Positions 44,693-54,365 of a DNA stretch of 60,783 nt are shown piece by piece. Numbering within the stretch: the stretch's first letter is position 1; each line of letters opens with the position of its first letter. Origin of the DNA: a virus (lineage: Duplodnaviria > Caudoviricetes); the IMG/VR virus record IMGVR_UViG_3300042922_000610, positions 1-60,783 of that record; one strand, given 5' to 3'. Made by a program: the position numbers and the translations under genes. The notes under the pieces were generated by a model that was not told where the DNA came from, made no database searches, and saw nothing but the letters and a program-made list of their open reading frames with translations.

Positions 44693-45040
44693 ATGGCCAA
44701 GGGAGGCGCTGGCAAACTGCAGGAGCGCGTCTCCCTTTTCAAGCGGGGCGAGCTCGACGATGGGTATGGCAACACCGTAACAGATTGGATTCTGCAATTC
44801 GAGGCGGCCGCGAGTTACACGCATCTGAAGGGCGGCGAGGCTGTCATGGCATCGCGCTTGGCGAACAAACATCCGGTTGCTGTGCGCCTTCGGAGCAGCG
44901 CAGCCGCTCGGCAGATCACGGCCGATTGGAAAGTGACCGACAAGCGGACTGGCGTTGAATACGCCATTCACGACGTCACGCACGACGCCGATCGAGCTTA
45001 CATCGATCTTCTTTGCGAGTCGGGGGTGGCCATTGGTTAA
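44693..45040 (+). CDS. Head closure / head-tail adaptor
   Basis: AGKL.ERV..DDGYGN..W..G.E. Confidence 0.8.
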   Translation: MAKGGAGKLQERVSLFKRGELDDGYGNTVTDWILQFEAAASYTHLKGGEAVMASRLANKHPVAVRLRSSAAARQITADWKVTDKRTGVEYAIHDVTHDADRAYIDLLCESGVAIG

Positions 45041-45449
45041 GGGCGTCCGAGAGCTGAACAAGGCAGTCGCCGCCATGCCGAAGCGCGTCGAGAATGCGGC
45101 GCGCAAGGCGATGGAAAAGGGCGCCGACGAACTTGTCGCGATGATGAAGCGGTTGGTTCCCGTAGACAGCGGCGATCTTCGCAATAGCATCGCGTGGAAG
45201 TGGGGCGAGCCCCCGAAGGGCGCGATTGTCTTAGCCGAGAGCGCGCCGACCGAACGCGGCCTAAAAATCACCGTTTACGCAACTGATTTTAAGGCTCGCT
45301 GGATCGAATTTGGCACCGTGAAGATGGGCGCGCAGCCGTTCTTCTTCCCTTCGTATCGGTCACTGCGCAAGCGCATTCGTTCAAGAATCCAGCGCGAGAT
45401 GAAAAAAGCCATCAAGTTCGTTGGTCCGGTCACGCAGGGTGAAACATGA
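45033..45449 (+). CDS. HK97 gp10-like neck protein
   Basis: PVDSGDLRNSI, EFGT.KM.AQPFF.P. Confidence 0.85.
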   Translation: MVKGVRELNKAVAAMPKRVENAARKAMEKGADELVAMMKRLVPVDSGDLRNSIAWKWGEPPKGAIVLAESAPTERGLKITVYATDFKARWIEFGTVKMGAQPFFFPSYRSLRKRIRSRIQREMKKAIKFVGPVTQGET

Positions 45450-45853
45450 GCGCGTCAGCCGAACTGCAAAAGTTGCTATTCGACACGCTGCGCAACGACG
45501 CGGCGGTCATGGCCATCGCTGGCGGAGTTTACGACCGCGTGCCCGCCTCGCCGTATGGGACTCGCACCGCCTATATTTCGTTCGGCCCGTCCGACGTCGT
45601 TGACGACAGCGCCGAGTGTATCAGCGCGGGTGAGCATACGTTCCAATTGGACGTATGGTCCAAGGCGGTTGGCCAGGTCGAGGCCAAGAGGCTTGTGGAC
45701 CTGATTTACAAGGCGCTGCACGAGCAAGACCTGACGCTTACCGAAAACGCGCTGGCAGAAATCCGCGTCGACTTTCGACGGGTGTTTCTAGATCCAGACG
45801 GACTGACGACGCACGGCGTCGTGACGGTGACGGCCAGCATCGAGGAAGCGTGA
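45446..45853 (+). CDS. Tail terminator (DUF3168)
   Basis: LQK..VYDRVP..YI.FG..DVWS..AL..HGV. Confidence 0.85.
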   Translation: MSASAELQKLLFDTLRNDAAVMAIAGGVYDRVPASPYGTRTAYISFGPSDVVDDSAECISAGEHTFQLDVWSKAVGQVEAKRLVDLIYKALHEQDLTLTENALAEIRVDFRRVFLDPDGLTTHGVVTVTASIEEA

Positions 45854-46035
45854 TGGCCTGGATGATTGTTCACCGCGATGTGAACTGGAGCCGGCCAAAA
45901 TCCAAACTCAGCTTCAACGCCAAACCGAAGTCCGAGCCGCAATCGTGGCCTCGAGATTTTGTTGAATACGCCGCCTCCACAGGACGAGCGACCAAGGTGC
46001 CGCCTCCAAGGCGGAAATCCAAAACGGGCGCGTAG
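45853..46035 (+). CDS. Small hypothetical protein
   Basis: TGATG junction. Confidence 0.55.
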   Translation: MAWMIVHRDVNWSRPKSKLSFNAKPKSEPQSWPRDFVEYAASTGRATKVPPPRRKSKTGA

Positions 46036-46048
46036 CCCACTACCAAAC

Positions 46049-46074
46049 GGCCGCCACTGAGCGGCTTTTTTATT
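46049..46074 (+). terminator. Intrinsic terminator
   Basis: GCCGC-cactga-GCGGC then T6. Confidence 0.55.
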
Positions 46075-46084
46075 GGAGAAATCA

Positions 46085-46531
46085 ATGGCACGCGCCACTA
46101 CTGCAAATTTCGCGCAAATGGTCCTCGAGGTCGAAGTGACCGAGGGCTCCGGCGTTTATTCCAAGCTTTGCGGCTTGACGTCTAGGGGCGTCAACCGTCA
46201 GTCGAACATGTCGACGTCCGAAGTTCCCGACTGCGCAGACGAAACCCTCCCTGCCGCCGTTGAGCGAGCCGTGCAGTCGCAGGAAGTCACCGTTTCGGGC
46301 TCTGGAGTTTGGGCGGCCGAAAGCCACGAGGTGATGCTCGATTGGTGGTATTCCGGCGCGACGAAGAGCGTTCGGATTCAGCACGTCAATGCCGCCGTCG
46401 GAGACACCGAATACGAGACGGGCAACGCTTATCTCGTGTCGATTTCCAACCAGGCAGAGCGCGGCACCAAGGTGACGGCCGAGATCTCGGTAGAATTCGA
46501 CGGCATCCCGACCCGCACGGCTAAGGCGTAA
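46085..46531 (+). CDS. Tail tube protein
   Basis: CGLTSR..VPDC..SGSGV; position. Confidence 0.85.
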   Translation: MARATTANFAQMVLEVEVTEGSGVYSKLCGLTSRGVNRQSNMSTSEVPDCADETLPAAVERAVQSQEVTVSGSGVWAAESHEVMLDWWYSGATKSVRIQHVNAAVGDTEYETGNAYLVSISNQAERGTKVTAEISVEFDGIPTRTAKA

Positions 46532-46534
46532 CGC

Positions 46535-46888
46535 ATGCGCGGTGCAGAGGAGATTGTTTGGCCAGGCGGGGAGCATTCTTTCCGCCTGGGCATCGGCGAA
46601 TTGCGGGCTATCGAGCAGAAGTGCGACGCCGGCTGCGCAGTTGTGCTTATGAGGCTGCTTTCGTCGCAATTCAAGATCGACGACGTTTATCAGCCCATTA
46701 GGCTGGGCCTCATAGGCGCCGGCATGTCGGAGCGCGACGCGCAGAAGACTCTGGAAGCGGCGCTTGACGTGGCGAGCCCTTACTCACTGGCGATACCTGC
46801 TGCTGAGATCCTGCGCCGGTTCTTCATGTGGGAGACTCCTGACCAGCCGGGGGAGCAAGAGGCGGGGATAGCGGCGGAAAGCAACTAG
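46535..46888 (+). CDS. Tail assembly chaperone (G-like)
   Basis: W.GGEH.FRL.IG.L..E; position before TMP. Confidence 0.8.
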   Translation: MRGAEEIVWPGGEHSFRLGIGELRAIEQKCDAGCAVVLMRLLSSQFKIDDVYQPIRLGLIGAGMSERDAQKTLEAALDVASPYSLAIPAAEILRRFFMWETPDQPGEQEAGIAAESN

Positions 46889-47097
46889 ACCCGCTGCCAA
46901 ACGGCATGACGCGCTGGAGCTCATATTACGGCGCCGGAGCGGTTATGGGCTTCACGCCTAGCGATATCGACGACATGACGTTGTGGGAATTCGACTGCTG
47001 TTACGAGGGCTACCAGAAGGCGCACCAGACGGAAGAGCAGGCTCCTCCGCCGATGGCCGACGACCAGTTGGCTGAACTCGGCGTGCAGGGTTTCTAA
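46849..47097 (+). CDS. Tail assembly chaperone extension (T-like) reached by -1 frameshift
   Basis: GGGGGAG at 46849-46855; -1 frame open to 47097 (MGFTP..MTLWEF). Confidence 0.7.
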   Translation, partial: GGARGGDSGGKQLDPLPNGMTRWSSYYGAGAVMGFTPSDIDDMTLWEFDCCYEGYQKAHQTEEQAPPPMADDQLAELGVQGF

Positions 47098-47261
47098 TTT
47101 TCGCCAAGTCGGCGCAGCGTTTCCTTGTTTTGCTCTAGCAAGGCGTTGATCTGAGCATCACGAGAATACTTGGCGTTATATTCCAGCGACGCCAAGTAGC
47201 CTCCCCCGCCGATGATCACGACGCAGGCTGAAGCTATCAGCATTTTGAGCCAAGTATCCAT
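47094..47261 (-). CDS. Small single-TM moron
   Basis: GAGGG RBS; MDTWLKMLIASACVVIIGGGGY. Confidence 0.65.
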   Translation of the reverse strand: MDTWLKMLIASACVVIIGGGGYLASLEYNAKYSRDAQINALLEQNKETLRRLGEN

Positions 47262-47323
47262 GGTTCCCTCTTTTTTGAGCGCACTATCGCAGATTGTGCC
47301 GCTGTTGTCCATAAAGGTGAATA

Positions 47324-49906
47324 ATGGCAGCCAATGACGATACCGCTCGCCTTTTAGTTTCCATCGAGGCGACGCAGGCGCGGTTTGCCAAAGATATGGC
47401 CAGAATTGCGAAGGCGGCGGGAGACACGGCAAGCGGTGTCGAGCGTACCTTCCAAAAAGCCAATGACAATGTCGGCAGGAGTTTTGAGAACGCCGGACGC
47501 AAGGCTACTTCGTCAATGCGCCAGTCAAGCGCGGCCGTCTCCAACCTGTCATTCCAGCTTAACGACATCGCGATGGGACTTGCCTCTGGCACGTCTCCAT
47601 TCACGATCATGGTGCAGCAGGGCAGCCAGGTATCGCAAGTGCTGCAGGGTAGCGGTGGCCTGCTCGGTGCCGTGAAGACGCTCGGGGGCGCCTTCGCGAC
47701 CATGGTCAATCCAGTTTCTCTGGCATCGTTTGCCTTGATTGGCTTGACTGGCGCTGCGGTGCAGTACCTCACGACGCTGGGCTCTGGTGTGCCGGAAGCT
47801 GAGGAGCTTCTGAAGGAGCATGCCAACGTCATCAAGTCGTTCGATGAGGCGTGGGGCGTAGCGGAGAAGGGCGTCAAGGAATATTCAGACGCCGTAAAGC
47901 AAATCGAACTCCAGAAGCTGCGCGACGAATTCGGCAGCCTGCAGGCAGCCATCAAGTCGGCCGGCGATGACTTGGCCGGTGAAATCCTCGGAATCTCAGT
48001 CGATGAGTTTGGCGGCGCGACAAAGTCGGTCGCGGATTTCAATAAAGCGCTTACTCTGCTTGAGCAGGACATTCCCGACTTTCGACAGTTCTCGATTGAG
48101 ATGGGAAAGATCGAGGACATGACCGGCATCCCGAACAATATTCGGGAACTCGCCAAGCAATTGCGCCTGTCAGCGCAGGAGTCGCTGCCGCTTCAAGATG
48201 CCCTAGAGGAAGCCGACAAGCGCCTCAACGTTATCCGCTTGAGCGCAGAGGAAGCAAAAGCCGCATTTGCAGCGCTAACGTCATCTGCGCTTGGAATGGG
48301 CACGGCTGGAGGCGATGCGGTCGGCACGATCGCCGCTAAGGTCAAGAACGATCTTATTCCGGCGATGACGCAGGCCATTCAGCAGGTTGCTGAGTATGCG
48401 AAAAATTTCAGTTCGCTGCAGGAGCAGGTGAATAAGACGCCTCTAGGCCAATTGTCGCCCATCTTCTCTGGCGGCGGACAGTTCCTCAACGAAGACCAGA
48501 ACAACACGTTCCGCGCCGGTGAAGAGCAATACCGCATAGCCGGCGAGAGCGCTGCGGCGCAGATGGTCAAGGGCTTTGAAGGCTTCATCTCTAAAGCGAA
48601 ATGGGACGTTAATGCATTCCGTGCGGGCTTCGGCTCGGATACGGTCACGCGCGCCAACGGCGCCATTGAGAAAGTCACCAAGGACACGGTCGTTTCGCTT
48701 GCCGACGCGCAGCGCGACCTTGAGCGGCGCCTCGTCGAGTTCCAAGCGGGAATTCAGCAGGCGGTCGGCGTTGACACTTGGAACAGCCTGAACGAAGCGC
48801 AGCAAGCCGCGCTTACTTCGATTGCCTATAACTACGGCGAGCTGCCGCAGCGTATCGTTGCAGCGATCGAAAGTGGCGGCGGCGCTGAAGCTGTAGCAAA
48901 CGCGATTGCTGGACTAGGGGGCGACAACGGCGGCATAAACAAGCGCCGGCGCAATGAAGAGGCGCAAGCTTTTCTGTCCGGCACAGGCATCTCCATGAAG
49001 GAAGCCGGGCTGGGCGGCAGCGGGAAAAAGACGCCAGCCGAGTTGTTCCAAGGTGACGTTCAGCAGATCCAGGCGCGTATCGCGGCACTTAATGCAGAGT
49101 TCGAAGCGCAATCTCGCCTCAACCCTCTTGTTACCGACTACGGCTATGCCGTTGAGAAGGCGAGAATAGAGCAGCAATTGCTGGCGGAGGCGCAAAAGGC
49201 TGGACTAGAGGTAACTCCGGAACTTCAGGCGCAAATCTCTGCCCTCGCCGAGAACTACGCCAAGGCATCGTCGGCCAGCGAGCGTCTAAAGGATTCTCAG
49301 CAAAAAGCTGTCGACGCCGCAAAGCAGTTCTCTGGCTTGGGGCAGGAGGTTGTCGGCGGCTTTATCAGTGACTTGCGCAGCGGCGCGTCCGCGGCAGAGG
49401 CGCTTAGTAATGCCCTAAACAAAGTGCTCGACAAGATCATCGACATCGGGCTCGAGAGCCTGTTTTCGGGTGGTCTTTTTGGCGGGGGTGGAGGTGGCGG
49501 CGGCCTTTTGGGCGGTTTTCTCATCCCCGGCATTCTGCATAAGGGGGGCGTTGCGGGCAGCGATGGTTACGGCCACGGCCGTGCCGTTTCTCCTTCGGCT
49601 TTCTCTGGTGCCAAGCGCTATCACACAGGCGGTGTCGCCGGCCTGATGCCAGGCGAGGTGCCGGCTATCCTCCAGCGTGGCGAGGTTGTCCTGCCACGCG
49701 GCACGAAGATGGGCGGCCAGCAGGGCGTTCAGGTTTCTGTTGGCGTTGCCGTCGACGACGAAGGCAAGCTGCAGGCTTACGTCAAGAAGGTAAGCCAGCA
49801 GGAAGTGGCTAGCGCGTCTCCTAAGATCATTTCTGCGGCTAATCAGCAGGCTCCTGCGGCAGTAGCTCAACATCAGCGAACCAAGGGCGGAGCGGAGTGG
49901 CGTTAA
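47324..49906 (+). CDS. Tape measure protein with internal GH24-like lysozyme domain
   Basis: QLNDI..QQG.Q; GFEGF..WD..GFG..LTSIAYNYG..RRRNEE; H.GG..GEVPAILQRGE. Confidence 0.92.
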   Translation: MAANDDTARLLVSIEATQARFAKDMARIAKAAGDTASGVERTFQKANDNVGRSFENAGRKATSSMRQSSAAVSNLSFQLNDIAMGLASGTSPFTIMVQQGSQVSQVLQGSGGLLGAVKTLGGAFATMVNPVSLASFALIGLTGAAVQYLTTLGSGVPEAEELLKEHANVIKSFDEAWGVAEKGVKEYSDAVKQIELQKLRDEFGSLQAAIKSAGDDLAGEILGISVDEFGGATKSVADFNKALTLLEQDIPDFRQFSIEMGKIEDMTGIPNNIRELAKQLRLSAQESLPLQDALEEADKRLNVIRLSAEEAKAAFAALTSSALGMGTAGGDAVGTIAAKVKNDLIPAMTQAIQQVAEYAKNFSSLQEQVNKTPLGQLSPIFSGGGQFLNEDQNNTFRAGEEQYRIAGESAAAQMVKGFEGFISKAKWDVNAFRAGFGSDTVTRANGAIEKVTKDTVVSLADAQRDLERRLVEFQAGIQQAVGVDTWNSLNEAQQAALTSIAYNYGELPQRIVAAIESGGGAEAVANAIAGLGGDNGGINKRRRNEEAQAFLSGTGISMKEAGLGGSGKKTPAELFQGDVQQIQARIAALNAEFEAQSRLNPLVTDYGYAVEKARIEQQLLAEAQKAGLEVTPELQAQISALAENYAKASSASERLKDSQQKAVDAAKQFSGLGQEVVGGFISDLRSGASAAEALSNALNKVLDKIIDIGLESLFSGGLFGGGGGGGGLLGGFLIPGILHKGGVAGSDGYGHGRAVSPSAFSGAKRYHTGGVAGLMPGEVPAILQRGEVVLPRGTKMGGQQGVQVSVGVAVDDEGKLQAYVKKVSQQEVASASPKIISAANQQAPAAVAQHQRTKGGAEWR

Positions 49907-50614
49907 ATGGCTGAAATCATCCAATGGCCCATCTGCGCCCTTCGCCCGCAACAGGCCAGCGCGAACCTTGTTCCGTTCTCCCGCAGTGGCGGGCGAACGC
50001 TGGGAGGCATTGAGCCGAGCACTCGGACGGACTTGGGTTTCTGGGAGATCGACTATGGCAACATCGTCGTATCGAACAAAAACCGAGACCAATGGCAAAC
50101 GTGGAATGCGATTCGGCAGAAACTCGGCGGCCGCTCCGGTCTGATCGCGGTCCGTGTCCGTTCTAGCCTGTCGGCGCCGTATGTCTCCGGCAAGTTCGAG
50201 CCTGTCATCGAGACCGACCATAGCGACGACTCGCCGTTTGACGACGACACACCGTACACGCAGGGCGCCATTTCGGTCGTCACCGACGGCGTGACGCCGG
50301 TAGGCGCAACGTCTATCCGCCTGCGCATCATCAACGCCGACGCCAACCTCGTGGGCGTGCGCTTCAGTTACAACCACGCGCTCTACGAAACCGGACCCGT
50401 CACCAGCATAAGCGGCGACATTTGGACCGTGCCGATTTCACCGTCGGTGCGTGAGCTTATTCCTGCCGGCGCCGATCTCGAGTTCGACCAGCCGACGTGC
50501 CTCTGCCACCTGGCGGAGGACCGCGGCATGGACATCGACCAGAACGCGGTTGGGAAATTCTCGTTGCCGTCTGTCTCGTTTGTGGAAGCGGTTGATTATT
50601 GGTCGAACCTCTAG
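49907..50614 (+). CDS. Distal tail-like protein
   Basis: Position after TMP; beta-rich. Confidence 0.65.
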   Translation: MAEIIQWPICALRPQQASANLVPFSRSGGRTLGGIEPSTRTDLGFWEIDYGNIVVSNKNRDQWQTWNAIRQKLGGRSGLIAVRVRSSLSAPYVSGKFEPVIETDHSDDSPFDDDTPYTQGAISVVTDGVTPVGATSIRLRIINADANLVGVRFSYNHALYETGPVTSISGDIWTVPISPSVRELIPAGADLEFDQPTCLCHLAEDRGMDIDQNAVGKFSLPSVSFVEAVDYWSNL

Positions 50615-50625
50615 GGGAGGGCTGC

Positions 50626-50802
50626 ATGTACAAGGTTGTTGATCTTATTGAAGACGAGCGCACGACCGTAGAGAGCACACTGAACGAGTGGGAAGCCAAC
50701 GGTTACGAGCCGTTTCAGGTGATACGGCGAGCCACCTACAGTTGGCGGATGATTTTCCGCAAGCAGGCGGACGACGGGCGGGCAGGCGACAATGCCGATT
50801 AA
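50626..50802 (+). CDS. Small DUF4177-like protein
   Basis: YKVV..LNEW...GYE..IFRK. Confidence 0.55.
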   Translation: MYKVVDLIEDERTTVESTLNEWEANGYEPFQVIRRATYSWRMIFRKQADDGRAGDNAD

Positions 50803-51364
50803 ATCGCTGCGCATCCTCTGCGACGCGGAGCTTCCGGAAGAGACCATTCGCGTGTGGGATGGCTCGGGCGGCAGGTTCGTCGACAGCGAGGGCAATATCT
50901 ATCGGCCGGCGCAGTTCACAGAGGACGCGCTGCAGTCGATCGAGGCGGCCATCAACGGCGAGGCGTTCACGCTGGCGCTGTCGCTCATCTCGATCAGCCA
51001 ATCGGCCGCCGATAGCATCTGGGACTACGACGAGACGAGCTCGGTGCAGGGATCACCATTCGTGGTGAAGCTGCAAATCCTCGACGAGGACGAGCAGCCC
51101 GACGGCGATCCGATTGTCGTGTTTACCGGCGAGATCGATAACCTCGATGTTGTTGACGAATCCAGTGCTGACGGCATTCGGTCGATGGTGAATATCGAAA
51201 TCACCAACCGCTTCACGCTGCGCACTGTGACGAACGGCGCGGTCTTGTCCGACGTCGACCAGCGAGCGCGCTCGGCCATCCTGAACCCATCTGCGGCCGA
51301 CGACGAGTTCTGTAAACGCGTGCCGCTGATGCGTGACCAGACAATCAAGTGGCCGAACTGGTAG
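50792..51364 (+). CDS. Tail tip / hub protein
   Basis: VWDG.G..F.G.ID..SDVDQR..D.FC. Confidence 0.7.
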   Translation: MPIKSLRILCDAELPEETIRVWDGSGGRFVDSEGNIYRPAQFTEDALQSIEAAINGEAFTLALSLISISQSAADSIWDYDETSSVQGSPFVVKLQILDEDEQPDGDPIVVFTGEIDNLDVVDESSADGIRSMVNIEITNRFTLRTVTNGAVLSDVDQRARSAILNPSAADDEFCKRVPLMRDQTIKWPNW

Positions 51365-51780
51365 CGACTACCAACGGGCAATTAGCGGACAGGCTCGCTG
51401 CGTTCCTCGCCGACAACAATGCTCGCCCATGGCAGCCAGGCCACGTTGATTGCTGCATGGTTCTCGCAGACTGGGCCATCTGGCTCGGCCACGCGGATCC
51501 GGCGACGCACCTGCGCGGCACCTACGACAGCGAAGACGGCTTTCGCGCCATCATAGCGGCCCACGAGGGCGCCGTCGCGCTCGTGGCGACCTGTGTTGCC
51601 AACATCAACGGCAAACACGTCCAGCGGCCCGTACGTGGCGCCATCGGCGTCATCGGCAGCCCATCCAACATCCATCGCCAATTCGGCGCAATCCATGACG
51701 GCGAAGGCTGGCTTGTGCGCATGCACGGCGGCTTCGGTCGCATGACCGCGAAAACTCTAGCGGCCTGGGAAATCCAGTAG
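51349..51780 (+). CDS. NlpC/P60-like tail protein (DUF6950-like)
   Basis: PW..G.VDCC..ADW..G.DPA..RG.Y..AW. Confidence 0.7.
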   Translation: MAELVATTNGQLADRLAAFLADNNARPWQPGHVDCCMVLADWAIWLGHADPATHLRGTYDSEDGFRAIIAAHEGAVALVATCVANINGKHVQRPVRGAIGVIGSPSNIHRQFGAIHDGEGWLVRMHGGFGRMTAKTLAAWEIQ

Positions 51781-51805
51781 CCGCGCATTTGCGGCTAGGA
51801 GCACC

Positions 51806-54307
51806 ATGCCAGGCATCATTGAAACGATCTCGCTGATCGTGTCGTCGCTTGCGACCACGACGCTTGCGGCGAACGCGCTTTATCTCGGCACGTCTGCGCT
51901 GATCTACGGCGGCTTGGCACTTGGCGCAGCAGCCCTTCAGGGCGCTTTCGCCTCCAAGCCGGCTGTGCCGAAACCAGACGACGGCAGCTACAACCTGAAG
52001 CAAAGCGTTCCTTCGCTTGCCTACGTGCTGGGCCGCGCCAAGAAGGGCAGCGACTATGTCTTCCTCGAGGAGGTGGGTGGCAAGGCGCACCACATCATGG
52101 TGTGGGCCGGTCACCGCATACAGGGATTTGTGCAGCATTACCTGCACGACGACAAGGTAACGCTCAACGCCGACGGCGGTGTCACCGATCCTGGCCATTA
52201 CGACAAGGACGGCGTCAGCTTCGTCCACATAAAGACGAAGCTCGGCTTAAACGCCGAGACTGCCTATTCGGAAGTTGTCACGGCATTCCCGACGATTTGG
52301 AATAACAACTGTCGCGGCGATGGACTCGCGTCCGTCTACATGACGTGCAGGACGGTTGATCAAAAAGAATTCCTCGATGTCTATCCCAACCAAATGCCGG
52401 AGCACTCGGCGGTAGGCGACGGCGCGCTTCTCTATGACCCGCGCAAGGACAGCACGCAGGGGGGCTCTGGGGCGCACCGTACGAACAACCCGAACACATG
52501 GGAGTTCTCGACGAACCTTGCGCTGATGCGCCTATGGCACCTCTGCCACCCCGTCGGTGGCAAGATGGCCTACGAGAACATGTATCTGCCCGACTGGGCG
52601 AATGCGGCGAACGTCTGCGACCAGAACGTCACGAACCGCACTGGCGGAACTGAGAAGCGCTATCACGGCGGCTTCTGGTTCCGCGCCAGCAACGACCCGA
52701 TCGAAGTCGGGCGCATCATGGACGAGGCGGCCGAGCTTGTCGTCTATGAGCGAGCCGACGGCAAGATCGGCGTGCATGCCGGCGAGTTCGTGACGCCTGA
52801 CGTGCGGTTGACCGCTGAGAACGTCTACAGCATCCGCGTCGACAAGAACAAGCGCCGCGCAAACACGGTGCTCGGCGTGCGCGGGCGGTACGTCAACACC
52901 GCGAAGGACTACATCACGGAAGACGCCGCGATCTATGGCGACCCATATGCCGTCGTCGACGACAATACGGAGCGCACGCGGACTTTCGAGAATGCGGCTA
53001 TCCAAAGCCACAACCACTGCCAGCGCAAGCAGAAACTGACCTTCGTCCGCGCCAATGCGAGACGGGTGTCGGTGGTGGCGGATTACACGGCCGACGGCGC
53101 GCGAGACATTCCGTACCGGCGCTTCGTGACGTTGCATTACCCCAGCCGAGGACTGGCTGAGGCTGTCGTGGAGATCACATCCAGTGTGACGATCGACCTG
53201 CGCAACATGCGCATTTCGTTCTCGGGCATTCTGGTTTCATCGTCTTTGTATGCCTTCGATGCCGCCACGGAAGAAGGCGAGCCCGGCGAATCCGTCGAGC
53301 CCTTGCCGGATTCTGGCGTACCTGTGCCTACGAGCTTTGTGCCTGTAGTGCAAAGAGATGTTGTTTCGGGGGGCGCGACAGCAGCCTACATTTTGGCCAC
53401 TTGGGACTTTGTCGACGACACACTGACTTATGAACTCGAGTATGATCGATTAACTGGGTCTACGGGCGTTCAGTCGGCGTTCTCGGAAGCTGGCGAAACA
53501 CAGGTTCGCACCAGCTACCTCGTGGACGGTGAAGAGTATCGCGTCAGGTTGAGAGCGTGGGGCGGTGGGACGAAGTCCGACTGGACCGATTACGTGCTGT
53601 TGACCGCTGTCGCCGATCCAGTTGCGCCGCAAGCGCTGTCTTCCTTCATCGTTTCAGATGCTGAGCCGCACCTTGGCAGGGCCAAGCTGTCCGTTGCTAC
53701 GGTAAACGATGCGAAGGTTAAATCCGTCGTCCTTTACCGCGTGGCGACAGGAGTTGCGTTCGACCCGGACACGGCCGCTCAGGTCGCCACTCTGGCAGTC
53801 GGGCCATCCTCGTCGTATTCGCATACAGACGGCGACGACACCCGCGTCAACCTGCTGTCAAACCCTGGGTTCGATACAGACACTGTTTGGACAAAAGGAA
53901 CGGGCTGGACGATCAGCGGCGGCAAGGCGCATCACGCGGCCGGTAGCCAAACGGGCATATCCCAGGCCATCAGCTTGTCAGCTGGTGTGGTTTACCGAAG
54001 CGCCTACACGTTGAGTGCCCGCACCGGAGGCTCCTTCCGAGCGCAGCTGCTCAGCACCCCTAACGTGCAGGGTGCGATCCGTTCCGCAAACGGCACTTGG
54101 CTAGACAGGCTGACTGCAACCGCGTCGAGCACCGCTTACAACATTCTCTCCACGTCGGATGGTGTCGCTGATCTCGACGATGCAATTCTCTTCGCCGAAT
54201 CGGCTTCCTGCGCGCCGCAGGGGGTCTGGGACTACTACGCCATTCCTCTAAACGGGTCAGGCCTGAACGGCCCGCAGAGCGGCCCGGTGACCGTCACGAT
54301 CATCTAA
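51806..54307 (+). CDS. Central tail / host-specificity protein (J-like, FN3 and CBM-like C-terminus)
   Basis: YDPRKDST.GGSG.HR..TW..S.N.AL; AANVCD; YRVRLRA; NLLSNPGFDT. Confidence 0.85.
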   Translation: MPGIIETISLIVSSLATTTLAANALYLGTSALIYGGLALGAAALQGAFASKPAVPKPDDGSYNLKQSVPSLAYVLGRAKKGSDYVFLEEVGGKAHHIMVWAGHRIQGFVQHYLHDDKVTLNADGGVTDPGHYDKDGVSFVHIKTKLGLNAETAYSEVVTAFPTIWNNNCRGDGLASVYMTCRTVDQKEFLDVYPNQMPEHSAVGDGALLYDPRKDSTQGGSGAHRTNNPNTWEFSTNLALMRLWHLCHPVGGKMAYENMYLPDWANAANVCDQNVTNRTGGTEKRYHGGFWFRASNDPIEVGRIMDEAAELVVYERADGKIGVHAGEFVTPDVRLTAENVYSIRVDKNKRRANTVLGVRGRYVNTAKDYITEDAAIYGDPYAVVDDNTERTRTFENAAIQSHNHCQRKQKLTFVRANARRVSVVADYTADGARDIPYRRFVTLHYPSRGLAEAVVEITSSVTIDLRNMRISFSGILVSSSLYAFDAATEEGEPGESVEPLPDSGVPVPTSFVPVVQRDVVSGGATAAYILATWDFVDDTLTYELEYDRLTGSTGVQSAFSEAGETQVRTSYLVDGEEYRVRLRAWGGGTKSDWTDYVLLTAVADPVAPQALSSFIVSDAEPHLGRAKLSVATVNDAKVKSVVLYRVATGVAFDPDTAAQVATLAVGPSSSYSHTDGDDTRVNLLSNPGFDTDTVWTKGTGWTISGGKAHHAAGSQTGISQAISLSAGVVYRSAYTLSARTGGSFRAQLLSTPNVQGAIRSANGTWLDRLTATASSTAYNILSTSDGVADLDDAILFAESASCAPQGVWDYYAIPLNGSGLNGPQSGPVTVTII

Positions 54308-54365
54308 CCAATCCATCCATTCCAACGCGCTTGGTGCTGCCAAGCCAATCCTGCATGGGGAGTTC

